Below, piece after piece: positions 1-10,478 of a stretch of DNA of 64,000 bases (the first letter of the stretch is position 1; every line of letters starts with the position of its first letter). A model generated the notes under the pieces. It searched no databases and was not told the origin of the DNA. It was given only the letters and a program-made list of their open reading frames with translations. Location of the stretch: contig CAZQZT010000003.1 of assembly GCA_964597925.1 (NCBI GenBank), positions 35,199-99,198 on the forward strand. The letters are read 5' to 3'. This stretch comes from an uncultured Candidatus Saccharibacteria bacterium. Its GTDB lineage: Bacteria > Patescibacteriota > Saccharimonadia > Saccharimonadales > JBBQAJ01. A program made the position numbers and the translations under genes.

Positions 1-2
1 CC

Positions 3-116
3 AAGCAATTGAGTGACGGTGGAGTTGACGTATTAAACGTGGGCGGTTTTATACAAAAGTCAGAAGACCCGCAGAATGCTTATGATAAACTGGTTGCAGT
101 AATAACAGAGAGCTGA
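3..116 (+). CDS. 3' end of an upstream gene (partial, frame 3). The ...AGxDxLVxGSxIF-like C-terminus is compatible with ribulose-phosphate 3-epimerase or a related TIM-barrel protein.
   Basis: Open frame from the window edge to TGA at 114-116. The tail GGVDVLNVGGFIQKSEDPQNAYDKLVAVI resembles an Rpe C-terminus. Position upstream of transketolase fits a pentose-phosphate cluster. Weak. Confidence 0.3.
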   Translation, partial: KQLSDGGVDVLNVGGFIQKSEDPQNAYDKLVAVITES

Positions 117-125
117 AAGAAAGAA

Positions 126-986
126 GTGATGGGCAAAAAACTGACAATTGAAGAACTTGAGCTCAAAGCAACCACAATTCGAGAAGACATAATCAAGATG
201 TTGGAGCATGCAAAAAGTGGACATAGTGCTGGGCCATTAGGCCTTGCAGATATATTTACGGCACTTTACCTAGATGTTCTAAAGCATGATCCTAAAAATC
301 CCGACTGGGATAAACGAGATATTTTGCTACTCAGCAATGGCCATTGCGCACCGGTACAGTATGCTGCAATGGCACATGCGGGATATTTCGATCGCAAAGA
401 ACTCATGACCCTGAGACAATTTGGCTCGAGACTACAGGGTCATCCAGAGAGAACAAAATTACCAGGACTTGAAAATACCAGCGGGCCTTTGGGATGTGGG
501 CTTAGTCAAGCCTGTGGTATGGCATTGGCGCTTCGAATGAATAAGGAATTGCACAGGTGGGTTTATGTTGTCATGGGAGATGGCGAGCAAGATGAGGGCA
601 ATGTTTGGGAAGCTGCCATGCTAGCGAACAAATATAAGCTCACCAACATTATCGCTATAACGGATCGTAACAACATACAAATAGATGGTCCTACGGAGAC
701 TGTTATGCCACTGGAAGACTTCAAGGCCAAATGGGAAGCCTTTGGCTGGCACGTTATAGACATTGATGGCAACAACATAGAAGCTGTGATTGATGCCTGT
801 GCGATGGCTAAGGCCATTGTAGAAAAACCAGTCATGATAATTGCTCATACTATCCCTGGCAAGGGTGTTGATTTTATGGAATATGATTTTCACTGGCATG
901 GTGCACAGCCAAATCACGAACAGGCTATGATTGCTCTGCACGAACTTCGTACTCTAAAAGGGAAAATTCGGAGTGAGCATGAATAA
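126..986 (+). CDS. tkt: Transketolase, N-terminal (TPP-binding) subunit of a split transketolase
   Basis: GDGEQDEGNVWEAAMLANKYKLTNIIAITDRNNIQIDG is the thiamine-PP-binding transketolase motif. It overlaps the following C-terminal subunit gene by 14 nt. Confidence 0.9.
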   Translation: MMGKKLTIEELELKATTIREDIIKMLEHAKSGHSAGPLGLADIFTALYLDVLKHDPKNPDWDKRDILLLSNGHCAPVQYAAMAHAGYFDRKELMTLRQFGSRLQGHPERTKLPGLENTSGPLGCGLSQACGMALALRMNKELHRWVYVVMGDGEQDEGNVWEAAMLANKYKLTNIIAITDRNNIQIDGPTETVMPLEDFKAKWEAFGWHVIDIDGNNIEAVIDACAMAKAIVEKPVMIIAHTIPGKGVDFMEYDFHWHGAQPNHEQAMIALHELRTLKGKIRSEHE

Positions 987-1995
987 AATGTACCTTGTTG
1001 CAGATATTTTGGACAAAGATATTTTGAAAGAGCCGAATCGCAAAGGATTCGGAAAGGGCTTATTGGAGGCTGGTCGTCGCGATACAAATGTAGTGGCTGC
1101 GTGTGCGGATTTAACTGATTCAACACAGATAAGTTTGTTTCGAGATGCGTTTCCTGACAGGTTTATAGAGATTGGAGTTGCAGAGCAAAATCTAGTAACT
1201 GTAGGTTCGGGTATGGCTGCAATGGGTAAAATCCCGTTTGTAAGTTCTTATGCCGCATTTAGCCCGGGGCGCAACTGGGAGCAGATTCGCACAACGATTT
1301 GTCTGAATGACCGACCCGTAAAGATCATTGGTTCGCATGCAGGACTTTATACTGGTAAAGACGGTGCCACGCACCAAATGCTTGAAGACATAGCGCTTAT
1401 GCGGGCCCTGCCAAATATGGTTGTATTGGCTCCCTGCGATGCCTTAGAAGCAGAAAAAATGACCATAGCTATGGCAGAAGATTCCCGACCCAACTACATG
1501 CGTTTAGCACGCGAGCCTATTCCTACGATTACTTCCGCCAAAACACCATTTGAAATCGGTAAGGCTTATGTGTATGCTCCCGGAACTGACGTGACAATAA
1601 TTGCAACTGGTACTATGACCTATCAGGCGCTAGTAGCGGCAGAGCGATTGTATAAAACGGGCGTAGACGCAGAAGTCATACACTGTCCAACAATCAAACC
1701 ACTAGACAAAGAAACTATTTTAGAAAGCGTTCACAAAACACGCGCTGTTGTAACTGTGGAAGAGGCTCAGATTAATGGTGGACTAGGCGGTGCAGTTGCC
1801 GAACTGCTGGGCGAAGAGCTACCGGTGCCGATTAGGCGCGTTGGTGTCAAGGATCACTTCGGTGAATCAGGTGACCCAGAAGAATTATTGCGACATTTTG
1901 GACTAACAGCAGAACACATCATGCTGGCCGCCCACCTAGTTGCAGATAGAAAACCCGTTTATCAATCAAAAAAGCATAACCCACATAAGTCGTGA
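973..1995 (+). CDS. tkt: Transketolase, C-terminal (pyrimidine-binding) subunit
   Basis: IEIGVAEQNLVTVGSGMAAMGKIPFVSSYAAF and the C-terminal transketolase fold motifs. Translationally coupled to the N-terminal subunit. Confidence 0.9.
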   Translation: MSMNKMYLVADILDKDILKEPNRKGFGKGLLEAGRRDTNVVAACADLTDSTQISLFRDAFPDRFIEIGVAEQNLVTVGSGMAAMGKIPFVSSYAAFSPGRNWEQIRTTICLNDRPVKIIGSHAGLYTGKDGATHQMLEDIALMRALPNMVVLAPCDALEAEKMTIAMAEDSRPNYMRLAREPIPTITSAKTPFEIGKAYVYAPGTDVTIIATGTMTYQALVAAERLYKTGVDAEVIHCPTIKPLDKETILESVHKTRAVVTVEEAQINGGLGGAVAELLGEELPVPIRRVGVKDHFGESGDPEELLRHFGLTAEHIMLAAHLVADRKPVYQSKKHNPHKS

Positions 1996-2040
1996 AATAG
2001 TTGCAGGCAATAAGCATAACCAGTTACAATAAGCCCTAAG

Positions 2041-3012
2041 ATGCCACTAACTCTAAAACAGATGAGGGATAACTGCCAACATGGTCGCCAAGCTATGTTG
2101 CGAGCAAGAGCAGAACATTTTGCTTTAGGTGCTTTCAACATAGACAATCAAGAAACACTAATTGCCATAGCACGAGCGGCTGCCAAAAAAAACGCTCCTG
2201 TGTTAATCCAGGCTAGCCAAGGAGAAGTTGACGCTTTAGGCCTAGATAATATTCGTGACATGGTGGATAACTATAAAGAAGAACTGGGCGTAGAAATGTA
2301 TTTAAATCTTGACCACAGCCCGACAGTGGCAGGCGCTATTGCTGGCATAGAGGCAGGTTTTGAGTTCATTCACATCGACATTAGTCAGGCGCGCAAAGAT
2401 GCCGGCATTGAAGAAATTGTTTTAGAAACTCGCCAAGTAGTTGAATACGCCAAACTAACCGGCGCATCTGTAGAGAGTGAGCCTCACTATTTTGGTGGGG
2501 GCAGTAACCTACATACCGAAGCAATCGACTACGAAGAGATTAAAAAAACCTTTAGTACTCCAGGGGGGGCCAAAGGTTTTGTGGATGCAACAGATATAGA
2601 CACATTTGCTGCGGCAGTGGGCAATCTGCATGGTAAATTTCCAGTACCTAAAAAACTTGATATTGAACTCTTAGCTCAAATACGTAACGCAATTGATTGC
2701 AACATAAGTCTGCATGGCGGCAGTGGTACCCCAGGCCACTATTTTAAGTCGGCTACAAGAATAGGGGTTAGTAAGGTAAATATCAATACCGATCTGAGAG
2801 TGGCTTATCGTAACACACTAGAAAAAGTTATTAAAGAAAACAAGTCAGAATATGCTGTAGTGAAGCTTATGGACCAAGTGATTGATGCAGTGCAGGATGT
2901 GGTAGAGGCTAAAATTGATATGTTTAATGCAGCCGGTAAAGCACATGTACATAATTCTAGTATTGCCAGCGGACATAATAAAAAGGGAGTTGATGAAGAC
3001 GCCTTTAACTAG
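2041..3012 (+). CDS. fba: Class II fructose-/tagatose-bisphosphate aldolase
   Basis: Class II aldolase signatures GAFNIDNQE..., LHGGSGTP and HIDISQ, with metal-binding His residues. 323 aa. Confidence 0.85.
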   Translation: MPLTLKQMRDNCQHGRQAMLRARAEHFALGAFNIDNQETLIAIARAAAKKNAPVLIQASQGEVDALGLDNIRDMVDNYKEELGVEMYLNLDHSPTVAGAIAGIEAGFEFIHIDISQARKDAGIEEIVLETRQVVEYAKLTGASVESEPHYFGGGSNLHTEAIDYEEIKKTFSTPGGAKGFVDATDIDTFAAAVGNLHGKFPVPKKLDIELLAQIRNAIDCNISLHGGSGTPGHYFKSATRIGVSKVNINTDLRVAYRNTLEKVIKENKSEYAVVKLMDQVIDAVQDVVEAKIDMFNAAGKAHVHNSSIASGHNKKGVDEDAFN

Positions 3013-3069
3013 AAAAAATCTTCACAAGCTGTGATAGACTAAGCATAAGAAGTATGAAAAGGGTGGAAC

Positions 3070-4071
3070 ATGAGTGAAATTGAAGTGCTAGCTATAGGCG
3101 ATGTAGTAACAGATGCATTTATAAAACTGTTAGATGACAGAGCCAGTACGTATGAAAACGAAGATGGAAAGTTTTTGGCCATGCCATTCGGCATGAAAGT
3201 ACCTTTTGACCACGCAGAAGTGATTGAGGCAGTTGGTAATGCAGCTAATGCGGCAGTTAGTTTTGCAAAGCTAGGAATTAACAGTGGCTTGATATCAAAT
3301 GTAGGGGGTGATTCGCATGGTCGCGACATTATAAAAGCACTTCATGATAAAAAAGTTGATAGTAGATTCGTAATCATAAATTCGAACAAAACTACTAACT
3401 ATCACTACGTGCTATGGTACAAAGACGAGCGTACTATCCTGATAAAACATGAAGAATACGACTATCATTGGCCACGATTCCGTGATGCCGACATCCCAAA
3501 ATGGGTATACTTTAGCTCGATAAGTGAAAAAGCTCTAGATAGATATCACGATTTGGTTGCAGACTGGCTAGAAGAAAACCCAGAAATAAAGCTGGCGTTC
3601 CAGCCTGGAACTTTCCAGCTTGAGGCTGGGGTAGAGCGTCTAAAACGGCTGTATGAGCGCACAGAAGTGCTGGTTTTTAACCGTGAAGAAGCTGTGCAGG
3701 TAACGGGCGGAGATTATGACAACGTTCACGAACTCCTAGACAGACTTCATAGTTACGGACCAAAAATTGTATGTATAACAGATGGTCCAGCCGGGGCTTA
3801 TGCCTCAGACGGGAACGTTCGCTTAAAAATGCCTCCATATCCAGACCCAGCTCCTCCTTTTGAGCGCACTGGTGCAGGCGATGCCTTTGCGAGCACATTC
3901 GTGGCTGCTCTTATCCAAGGCAATAACATCGAGGGTGCACTTCAGTGGGCGCCAATAAATTCTATGAATGTAGTCCAGCATATGGGAGCCCAAGAAGGTT
4001 TGCTGACCGAACATGAAATAGGCGAATTTCTCAAAAAAGCCCCAGAATGGTACAAGCCCGAAAAGTTCTAG
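3070..4071 (+). CDS. PfkB/ribokinase-family sugar or nucleoside kinase
   Basis: C-terminal PfkB signature TGAGDAFASTFVAAL and an N-terminal GDVVTD glycine motif. Substrate not assignable from sequence. Confidence 0.8.
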   Translation: MSEIEVLAIGDVVTDAFIKLLDDRASTYENEDGKFLAMPFGMKVPFDHAEVIEAVGNAANAAVSFAKLGINSGLISNVGGDSHGRDIIKALHDKKVDSRFVIINSNKTTNYHYVLWYKDERTILIKHEEYDYHWPRFRDADIPKWVYFSSISEKALDRYHDLVADWLEENPEIKLAFQPGTFQLEAGVERLKRLYERTEVLVFNREEAVQVTGGDYDNVHELLDRLHSYGPKIVCITDGPAGAYASDGNVRLKMPPYPDPAPPFERTGAGDAFASTFVAALIQGNNIEGALQWAPINSMNVVQHMGAQEGLLTEHEIGEFLKKAPEWYKPEKF

Positions 4072-4730
4072 CCGATTTCAGTATATAGAGAGGTGTTACC
4101 TAGTTTTTCCAACGTAAGCCTATCTACTTTTTTTCTAAATTCCCGCTCACCTTTTTCGCCATTTTTTGTTCCAGATGCTATTACTGACAATGCCACACGC
4201 CTAACGTGATTATTTTTAGACATAGGACTCGCTAACGCCACTCCGCCCAGTGACTGTTTAACCATTTTGATTTTATTGTCGCGACTTGCGCGTAGCTCTT
4301 TTTTGTCTAAATCAAATTCGTGTATTCGTTTTCGATTTTCATCCATTTTCATGTTACGGATCTCGGTGCGCTCCACAAGACTTTCTAATTTTTGAGTCGT
4401 TGTTGCGTCTCCTTGCTTTTCGGCACGAGTCTTCATACCGTTAAACATGGCTTCGGTTAATTTATGGTCTGCTATAGGGTCTAACTCTCCGCCTGAAGTC
4501 GATAGGTCATAACCTCTGACATATTTTGCTACGGTTGCCCAAAAGCCGTCTGTTTTGTCCGAAATTAAGGCAGCCCCAAGTGCTACGGTAGCTGGCCAGT
4601 TCGGGTCAGATTCACCAATCCATTCACCTATCATTTCGGCGTGCTGGTCCCGGAATGCAGTGTCCTTATCTGCTAGCCCCTGAAAACCATCAGCCAAATT
4701 TTCTCTTATTGCTTGTACATTTACAGACAT
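4068..4730 (-). CDS. Hypothetical protein (220 aa). Soluble, charged and Lys/Glu-rich, with no recognisable motif.
   Basis: Long ORF with coding-like composition, divergent from the next ORF. No Walker, HExxH or TM motifs seen. Confidence 0.5.
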   Translation of the reverse strand: MSVNVQAIRENLADGFQGLADKDTAFRDQHAEMIGEWIGESDPNWPATVALGAALISDKTDGFWATVAKYVRGYDLSTSGGELDPIADHKLTEAMFNGMKTRAEKQGDATTTQKLESLVERTEIRNMKMDENRKRIHEFDLDKKELRASRDNKIKMVKQSLGGVALASPMSKNNHVRRVALSVIASGTKNGEKGEREFRKKVDRLTLEKLGNTSLYTEIG

Positions 4731-4837
4731 ATCCCTGTCACTCTATTTGTTTCTAGGTGTTCTTGCAAGCACAAGCTTTACCAGATATGGCACTAGTGTT
4801 ATGCTTAAGCTAAGAAAAAGAAGGGCCATACAAACAA

Positions 4838-6094
4838 GTGTGCAAACTAGTCGCCGAGTTGGTCGGAGCAGATGAACAAGTTGTTCGCGAGATGTTCGTA
4901 CGACTGGAGCGTCAGTCTGGTGAGCCTGGTGTTGATCTTCGTCTGACTAGTGAGATTTATGGCAAACTGCATATGAAAATGCGAACTCTTGGTTTAGACC
5001 CAAACGACACAACTCCGCATGAGCTGTATCATTCACTGCTAAGCCTAGCGGCACTGCACGACAAGTTTCTTGCTAGGCGTATTGGCATAGATGATCCAGA
5101 AAATGCTACAGAGATAGCCAAGGCTATTGTTCGGTTGATAGAACGCATGCGTTTCTCGAAGCATTCATGGGCCTTAAAGCCTACGGCTGCTCGGCGTCTG
5201 CTTAGGCAGACTCCGCCAAAGTACCTCATGAAACTACTAAATTACCGCTCTTTAGATTCTATGCTGAAGCGTGAATCTCCTATGGAGCTTTTGGCTGTGG
5301 CTCGACACTGCGAATCTCAGAACTGGCAGAAGCGATTCGTCCATACATACAGGAAACTACAGCCAAACGACTTTGAAGTACGCGATATAGAAGTAATATA
5401 TCTTGCCGATAACCGCTGGGAGGCTGTTGGGGATATGTTTAGTAGTACAAAGCATAACAACATTATTCACACGCCAGAAGTGGGCGTTGTTGCTATTTTG
5501 CCAGCCAAAGTAGAGAAACGTACTGGGCTTACGCTCACGACACTGCTACTTACTTTGCACTATATAAACGAAATAAGAGTCTTTAGTACTTACTGTAAAT
5601 TTCATCACATGCGTACGGACTTTGGCGGTTTGCTAGTTGAGCATTTGCTGCACGAAAAACAAGACCACGTAGCCTTAGTAGGACAGCCCGTACACTGGCG
5701 AGTGGTGCATCGGTACTACGGTACGAGAGATCGATTTAACCATCCAGAAATATTTGAGCCTCACGTACAACCAGAAGATTTAACTTATCGCAAAGCAGAG
5801 GCAATACTTTATCGTCTGGAGCCTGCACTTCATTTTTGGCATGACACAGACTATGTGGGCTTGCCAGAAACTGACGGACCGATAAGTTTTAGTCTTACAG
5901 ATATGGCGATGAATCTAGTAAATGGATTGCCGTATGAAAAGAGAGCTTATTATCACATGCAGGATTCACTGTGGAACGAAGTGTATAGTCGATATATAGG
6001 TCAGACAAGTTTTGAGAAGCAAATGTTGCAGCAGCTGGACGAACAGCCAGTTTTGGCTGAACAGCCAGCCATGAGTATGGAGTTCGTGCTATAG
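4838..6094 (+). CDS. Hypothetical protein (418 aa, GTG start). His-rich, with no recognisable catalytic motif.
   Basis: Long ORF with no internal stops. GTG at 4838 sits about 12 nt downstream of AAGAAGGG. No NTPase or TM motifs. Confidence 0.5.
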   Translation: MCKLVAELVGADEQVVREMFVRLERQSGEPGVDLRLTSEIYGKLHMKMRTLGLDPNDTTPHELYHSLLSLAALHDKFLARRIGIDDPENATEIAKAIVRLIERMRFSKHSWALKPTAARRLLRQTPPKYLMKLLNYRSLDSMLKRESPMELLAVARHCESQNWQKRFVHTYRKLQPNDFEVRDIEVIYLADNRWEAVGDMFSSTKHNNIIHTPEVGVVAILPAKVEKRTGLTLTTLLLTLHYINEIRVFSTYCKFHHMRTDFGGLLVEHLLHEKQDHVALVGQPVHWRVVHRYYGTRDRFNHPEIFEPHVQPEDLTYRKAEAILYRLEPALHFWHDTDYVGLPETDGPISFSLTDMAMNLVNGLPYEKRAYYHMQDSLWNEVYSRYIGQTSFEKQMLQQLDEQPVLAEQPAMSMEFVL

Positions 6095-6239
6095 ACCGCT
6101 TGTCAAACCCTAGTCTACGAAAGACATAGAGTAACCGCAGCCTAAACGGTATTTTCTCACCGACGTTTCTAAGTATAAGTCTCCTCTAAACAAACCGCTC
6201 ATGCTACAATTCCTGTATGCATTTTCCTAAGGTTGGGGT

Positions 6240-6860
6240 TTGGAAAGAGGTCTCGTGAACTATGCCATTTGCCTATCTGGCGCCGCGTCTGGTAATACGG
6301 TTGATTCTTCTCACGAAAACGCCAGCAAACTAGGGTTTGCTATTGCTAAAAGTGGTCACATAATCACTACGGGAGCCACCGTGGGACTTCCTTTTTATGC
6401 CGCCTTAGCTGCAAAAGAGGCTGGTGGCATGAGCATAGGTTTTTCTCCTGGAGCTAGTCTGCGAGAGCATGTTTCTAAATACAGGCTTCCGATAGGTGTT
6501 TATGACTATATCAACTTTACGGGTATGCACTACGTGGGCCGTGATGTGCATTTAGTGCAATCCAGTGACGCTATAATCACGGTTGGCGGACGTTTTGGCA
6601 GTTTGCACGAATTTACGACTGCACTCCAGTGTAGAATGCCCTGTGGAGTTCTTTTAGGTAGCGGCGGAACAGCAGACATAATACCTGAGCTTATGCAAAA
6701 ACTAGAGCCCATAAATGCTGATATGCTGGTTTACGACACCGATCCAGAAATGTTGGTGGCAAAAATCATCGCCATATTAGATAAAGAATACGAAGACATA
6801 AATACTAAAGCACTCAGTGCTCATTGGTTCATGGAAAATAATCATCACCACAAGGGCTAA
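6240..6860 (+). CDS. LOG/TIGR00725-family (SLOG) Rossmann-fold nucleotide-binding protein
   Basis: The pattern AICLSGAASGN...TTGATVG..AALAAKEAGG.SIGFSPG...SDAIITVGGRFGSLHEF matches the lysine-decarboxylase-like/LOG (TIGR00725) family consensus. Confidence 0.7.
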   Translation: MERGLVNYAICLSGAASGNTVDSSHENASKLGFAIAKSGHIITTGATVGLPFYAALAAKEAGGMSIGFSPGASLREHVSKYRLPIGVYDYINFTGMHYVGRDVHLVQSSDAIITVGGRFGSLHEFTTALQCRMPCGVLLGSGGTADIIPELMQKLEPINADMLVYDTDPEMLVAKIIAILDKEYEDINTKALSAHWFMENNHHHKG

Positions 6861-6917
6861 AAAAGTAGTCCGACAAATAGCGGACTGATATAGTGCAATA
6901 AGTACTGCTACAATGTA

Positions 6918-8885
6918 ATGATGACTAAATTTAGAATAACTTCTGGCTATAAGCCTACGGGAGATCAGCCGGCGGCTATTGCTGCTCTCACTGATGGTTT
7001 GAATAAGGGCGTCAAAGAACAGACGCTGATGGGCGTAACTGGCTCTGGCAAAACTTTTACCATGGCAAACTTGATTCAAAACACCCAGAAGCCCACTCTT
7101 ATCTTGAGCCATAATAAAACATTGGCTGCCCAGCTGTACAACGAGTTCAAGAGTTTCTTTCCAGATAATGCCGTCCACTACTTCGTTAGCTATTTTGATT
7201 ATTATCAGCCAGAAGCATATATAGCACGCAGCGATACATATATAGAAAAAGACAGTCAAATAAACGAAGAGATTGATAGATTGCGACATGCTGCCACCGA
7301 CTCTCTATTAACACGAAGAGATGTAATTATTGTGGCGAGCGTGAGTTGTATTTATGGAATTGGTTCAGTAGAGGACTACGGTAACCTAGCTGTAAAAGTG
7401 AAAACCGGGGAACGACGTGTCCGCGACAAGCTGCTCAGACAGCTCACAGACATACAATACCAGCGCAACGACATAGATTTTCACAGAGGTACATTTAGGG
7501 TTCGCGGTGATGTGTTGGATATATTTCCGGCCGGTGAAGAGGTTGCCTACAGAGTTGAGTTTTTTGGTGATGAAATAGATCGTATAACCCAGATTGATCC
7601 GCTGACTGGGGAGATACTTTCCAAACTAGAAGAGTTAAAAGTATTTCCAAGTAGCCACTACGTTACGCCGGGAGATAAGCTCAAAACAGCGATGGTAAAG
7701 ATCCAGCAAGAGCTTGACGAGCGCCTGGCGTACTTTAATAAGCACGGACTTTTACTAGAAGCACAGCGCCTACAGCAGCGCACTAGATTTGACCTAGAAA
7801 TGTTAGAAGAGACGGGTTTTGTGAAGGGTATAGAAAACTATAGTAGATACCTGACTGATCGTGAGCAAGGTGAACAGCCGGCCACACTCTTAGATTACTT
7901 CCCGGATGACTACCTATTATTGGTAGATGAATCGCACATGAGTATGCCTCAGGTACGAGGGATGTATAACGGAGACAGGGCGCGTAAAGAAGTGTTGGTA
8001 GAGCATGGATTTCGCCTGCCAAGCGCATTAGATAATAGACCGCTTACATTTACTGAGTTTGAAAAGCATATCAACAAAGTAGTGTATGTAAGTGCTACGC
8101 CAGCTGAGTATGAGTTATCTCATAGCCCCGAGCCGGTTCAACAAATAATACGTCCGACCGGCTTGACCGATCCAGATATAGAAGTCCGTCCTATAGACGG
8201 TCAAATTGATGACTTACTACACGAAATCAGAGAAACAATCACTAAACGCCAGAGAGTTTTGGTAACAACGCTGACCAAACGTATGTCTGAAGATCTGACT
8301 GATTACCTAAAAGAACTAAACGTAAAGGTCACGTATTTGCACAGTGATGTGGACACACTGGATAGAACTGACATATTACGTGATTTGCGACTAGGCGTAT
8401 ATGACGTGGTAGTTGGGATTAACTTACTAAGAGAAGGCTTGGACTTGCCTGAGGTCAGCCTGGTTGCAATCCTAGATGCTGACAAAGAGGGTTTTTTACG
8501 TAGTGAACAGGCGTTAGTACAAACAGTTGGTCGTGCCGCACGGCATATTGAAGGTCGTGTGCTTATGTATGCAGACCGCATAACTGGAAGTATGCAGCGG
8601 ACCATAGATGAGACGAATCGTCGTCGTAAAATACAAGAAGACTACAACAAAAAACATGGCATTACGCCAGAGGGAATATCGCGGTCTGTAGAAAAGGGTA
8701 TGCGAGCAGATTTGCCCGACAAAGCTAAAAAAGCCAAACTGGATCTAAGGAAGATACCAAAAGATGAGTACGGCCACCTTATTCGTGACCTAGCCTCTCA
8801 GATGGACCTAGCAAGCGCAAACCTAGAGTTTGAAAAAGCCGCAGAACTCCGCGATATAATAGCTGACATTAAGTCCAAACTCTGA
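6918..8885 (+). CDS. uvrB: Excinuclease ABC subunit B
   Basis: N-terminal [14 protein letters not shown], Walker [11 protein letters not shown], helicase motifs and a C-terminal UVR domain ([13 protein letters not shown]). 655 aa. Confidence 0.95.
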   Translation: MMTKFRITSGYKPTGDQPAAIAALTDGLNKGVKEQTLMGVTGSGKTFTMANLIQNTQKPTLILSHNKTLAAQLYNEFKSFFPDNAVHYFVSYFDYYQPEAYIARSDTYIEKDSQINEEIDRLRHAATDSLLTRRDVIIVASVSCIYGIGSVEDYGNLAVKVKTGERRVRDKLLRQLTDIQYQRNDIDFHRGTFRVRGDVLDIFPAGEEVAYRVEFFGDEIDRITQIDPLTGEILSKLEELKVFPSSHYVTPGDKLKTAMVKIQQELDERLAYFNKHGLLLEAQRLQQRTRFDLEMLEETGFVKGIENYSRYLTDREQGEQPATLLDYFPDDYLLLVDESHMSMPQVRGMYNGDRARKEVLVEHGFRLPSALDNRPLTFTEFEKHINKVVYVSATPAEYELSHSPEPVQQIIRPTGLTDPDIEVRPIDGQIDDLLHEIRETITKRQRVLVTTLTKRMSEDLTDYLKELNVKVTYLHSDVDTLDRTDILRDLRLGVYDVVVGINLLREGLDLPEVSLVAILDADKEGFLRSEQALVQTVGRAARHIEGRVLMYADRITGSMQRTIDETNRRRKIQEDYNKKHGITPEGISRSVEKGMRADLPDKAKKAKLDLRKIPKDEYGHLIRDLASQMDLASANLEFEKAAELRDIIADIKSKL

Positions 8886-8888
8886 AGC

Positions 8889-10082
8889 TCAGTTTTTGAC
8901 TAAAGAAAGTTCAGGATTGGCAACACGTAAGCCTAGCCGAGTTGCTTGATGTGCAATTCTTCGTCCACCAGCGAATGGTTTAAGTGCCATTCCATGGCCC
9001 CGACCCTCTAGAACATCTACGCTGATTTGTTCGGGTAAGTCTTTTTGCATCCGAGATAGCATATCTAGTTGTAGCAGTGGGTCGTTACTGCCACTAATAA
9101 CTACCTTGGGTATATGTTCAATAACTTCTCTTTGCTCATCTTCTGGCGTGCCTCGCATTATACTTAAACCCTGTCTACCCATAACTCTCAAATCTTGACT
9201 TCTCGGGCCGGAAGCGCCCAACATCTTTAAGGCACCAATTAGATGCTTCGGGCGTGTTTTTAAAATTAGTTCTTTCACTCCATCAATTCCCATATGCGGC
9301 ATGAATAAAAATGCCATATCCTTGGCAACATTTCTCGGATCTACTAGAGCATGAGCATAGTCAACTATAGCTTGAATTTCCAGAGGGCTTCCATGTTCAA
9401 GGTTATAAAGCGCAACGCCGTGATTTTCTATAGTCCCTTCAGAAACACCAACTAGCATTAGCGGTGAATTAGGGAAGAAGGTCTCCAGAAATCTTCGCTC
9501 GTGTTCAACTAGCTGTTTCATGTCATGATCTAGCAGGTCAGACCAACTTAACTCTTGCCCAAGTGGGCCTATGCCATATGTTGCATGCGTGACAATAGAG
9601 GCAAGTGGCATTTGTCGCGAAAGCTGCTTGTGGTGAATCCAGCCCAACCCTTTCTCGACTATTTCACCAAGGCCCGGCTTGCTGAAGACCACAATAGGCT
9701 CAGAGTCGGTAACACAGCCTAGCAAGGCATCACTATACCACCAGACATGGCGTCGGTCGTCTATAGTTGCCACCATAAGGTAATGGTCGCGCTCGGGATA
9801 TTTATCTTGCTTTCTTCCGTCTCGTGTCTTGAACTCCACAACTTCGACGTTACTCAGACCAGAATTGCAATTTGCGGATGAGAATGGTTCTGGAAGGAAA
9901 ACGTTCTCGTGAGTAAGGGCCTTTCTATGCTCTTGGCCCAAGGCTGCCATACCTACTCTTGATATTAAAACACCCTCGCCTGTGCGAGGGTGAACTAAGT
10001 GCTCATCAGTCATTAAGCTTGAAGTGTCCATATGACTACTTGGGTTTGGGGGAAATTCTACTAGTTCGACCCGCGTTACCAT
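8889..10082 (-). CDS. Two-domain protein: unknown N-terminal domain (~190 aa) fused to an alpha/beta-hydrolase fold
   Basis: Nucleophile elbow GVSEG (LMLVGVSEGT), a downstream SGSNDPLL acid residue and a GRGHGMA His motif near the C-terminus. Confidence 0.6.
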   Translation of the reverse strand: MVTRVELVEFPPNPSSHMDTSSLMTDEHLVHPRTGEGVLISRVGMAALGQEHRKALTHENVFLPEPFSSANCNSGLSNVEVVEFKTRDGRKQDKYPERDHYLMVATIDDRRHVWWYSDALLGCVTDSEPIVVFSKPGLGEIVEKGLGWIHHKQLSRQMPLASIVTHATYGIGPLGQELSWSDLLDHDMKQLVEHERRFLETFFPNSPLMLVGVSEGTIENHGVALYNLEHGSPLEIQAIVDYAHALVDPRNVAKDMAFLFMPHMGIDGVKELILKTRPKHLIGALKMLGASGPRSQDLRVMGRQGLSIMRGTPEDEQREVIEHIPKVVISGSNDPLLQLDMLSRMQKDLPEQISVDVLEGRGHGMALKPFAGGRRIAHQATRLGLRVANPELSLVKN

Positions 10083-10184
10083 TGTTTATATCCTTGATGT
10101 GAGGATTCTTACTAATGCTTATCGTAGTCTTGTCTTTCGTATTTGTAAAGCGCAATCTTACCACCTTTGTTATACTAGGATCAA

Positions 10185-10478
10185 ATGGCAGAACTTACAC
10201 GCAATGATGTCTTAAAATTGGCTCGGTTATCTAAGCTTCATTTAACTGAAGACGAGATTGAGCAGTTCGCCGTAGAAATTAGTGCCATATTGGCGTACGT
10301 GAAACAGCTTCAATCTGTAGATTTGAAAGACCTGAAACCAACAAACCAAGTCACTGGGCTGACCAATGTTTTGAGGCCAGATGAGATTAAAGACTATGGG
10401 GTATCCCAAGAGGAGTTACTTAAAAACTTGCCCGCTAATCATAAAGGGCATATCAAAGTCAAAAGGATGCTTACGTGA
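10185..10478 (+). CDS. gatC: Asp-tRNA(Asn)/Glu-tRNA(Gln) amidotransferase subunit C
   Basis: 97 aa. MAELTRNDVLKLARLSKLHLTEDEIEQF is typical of GatC. Immediately precedes and overlaps gatA. Confidence 0.85.
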   Translation: MAELTRNDVLKLARLSKLHLTEDEIEQFAVEISAILAYVKQLQSVDLKDLKPTNQVTGLTNVLRPDEIKDYGVSQEELLKNLPANHKGHIKVKRMLT

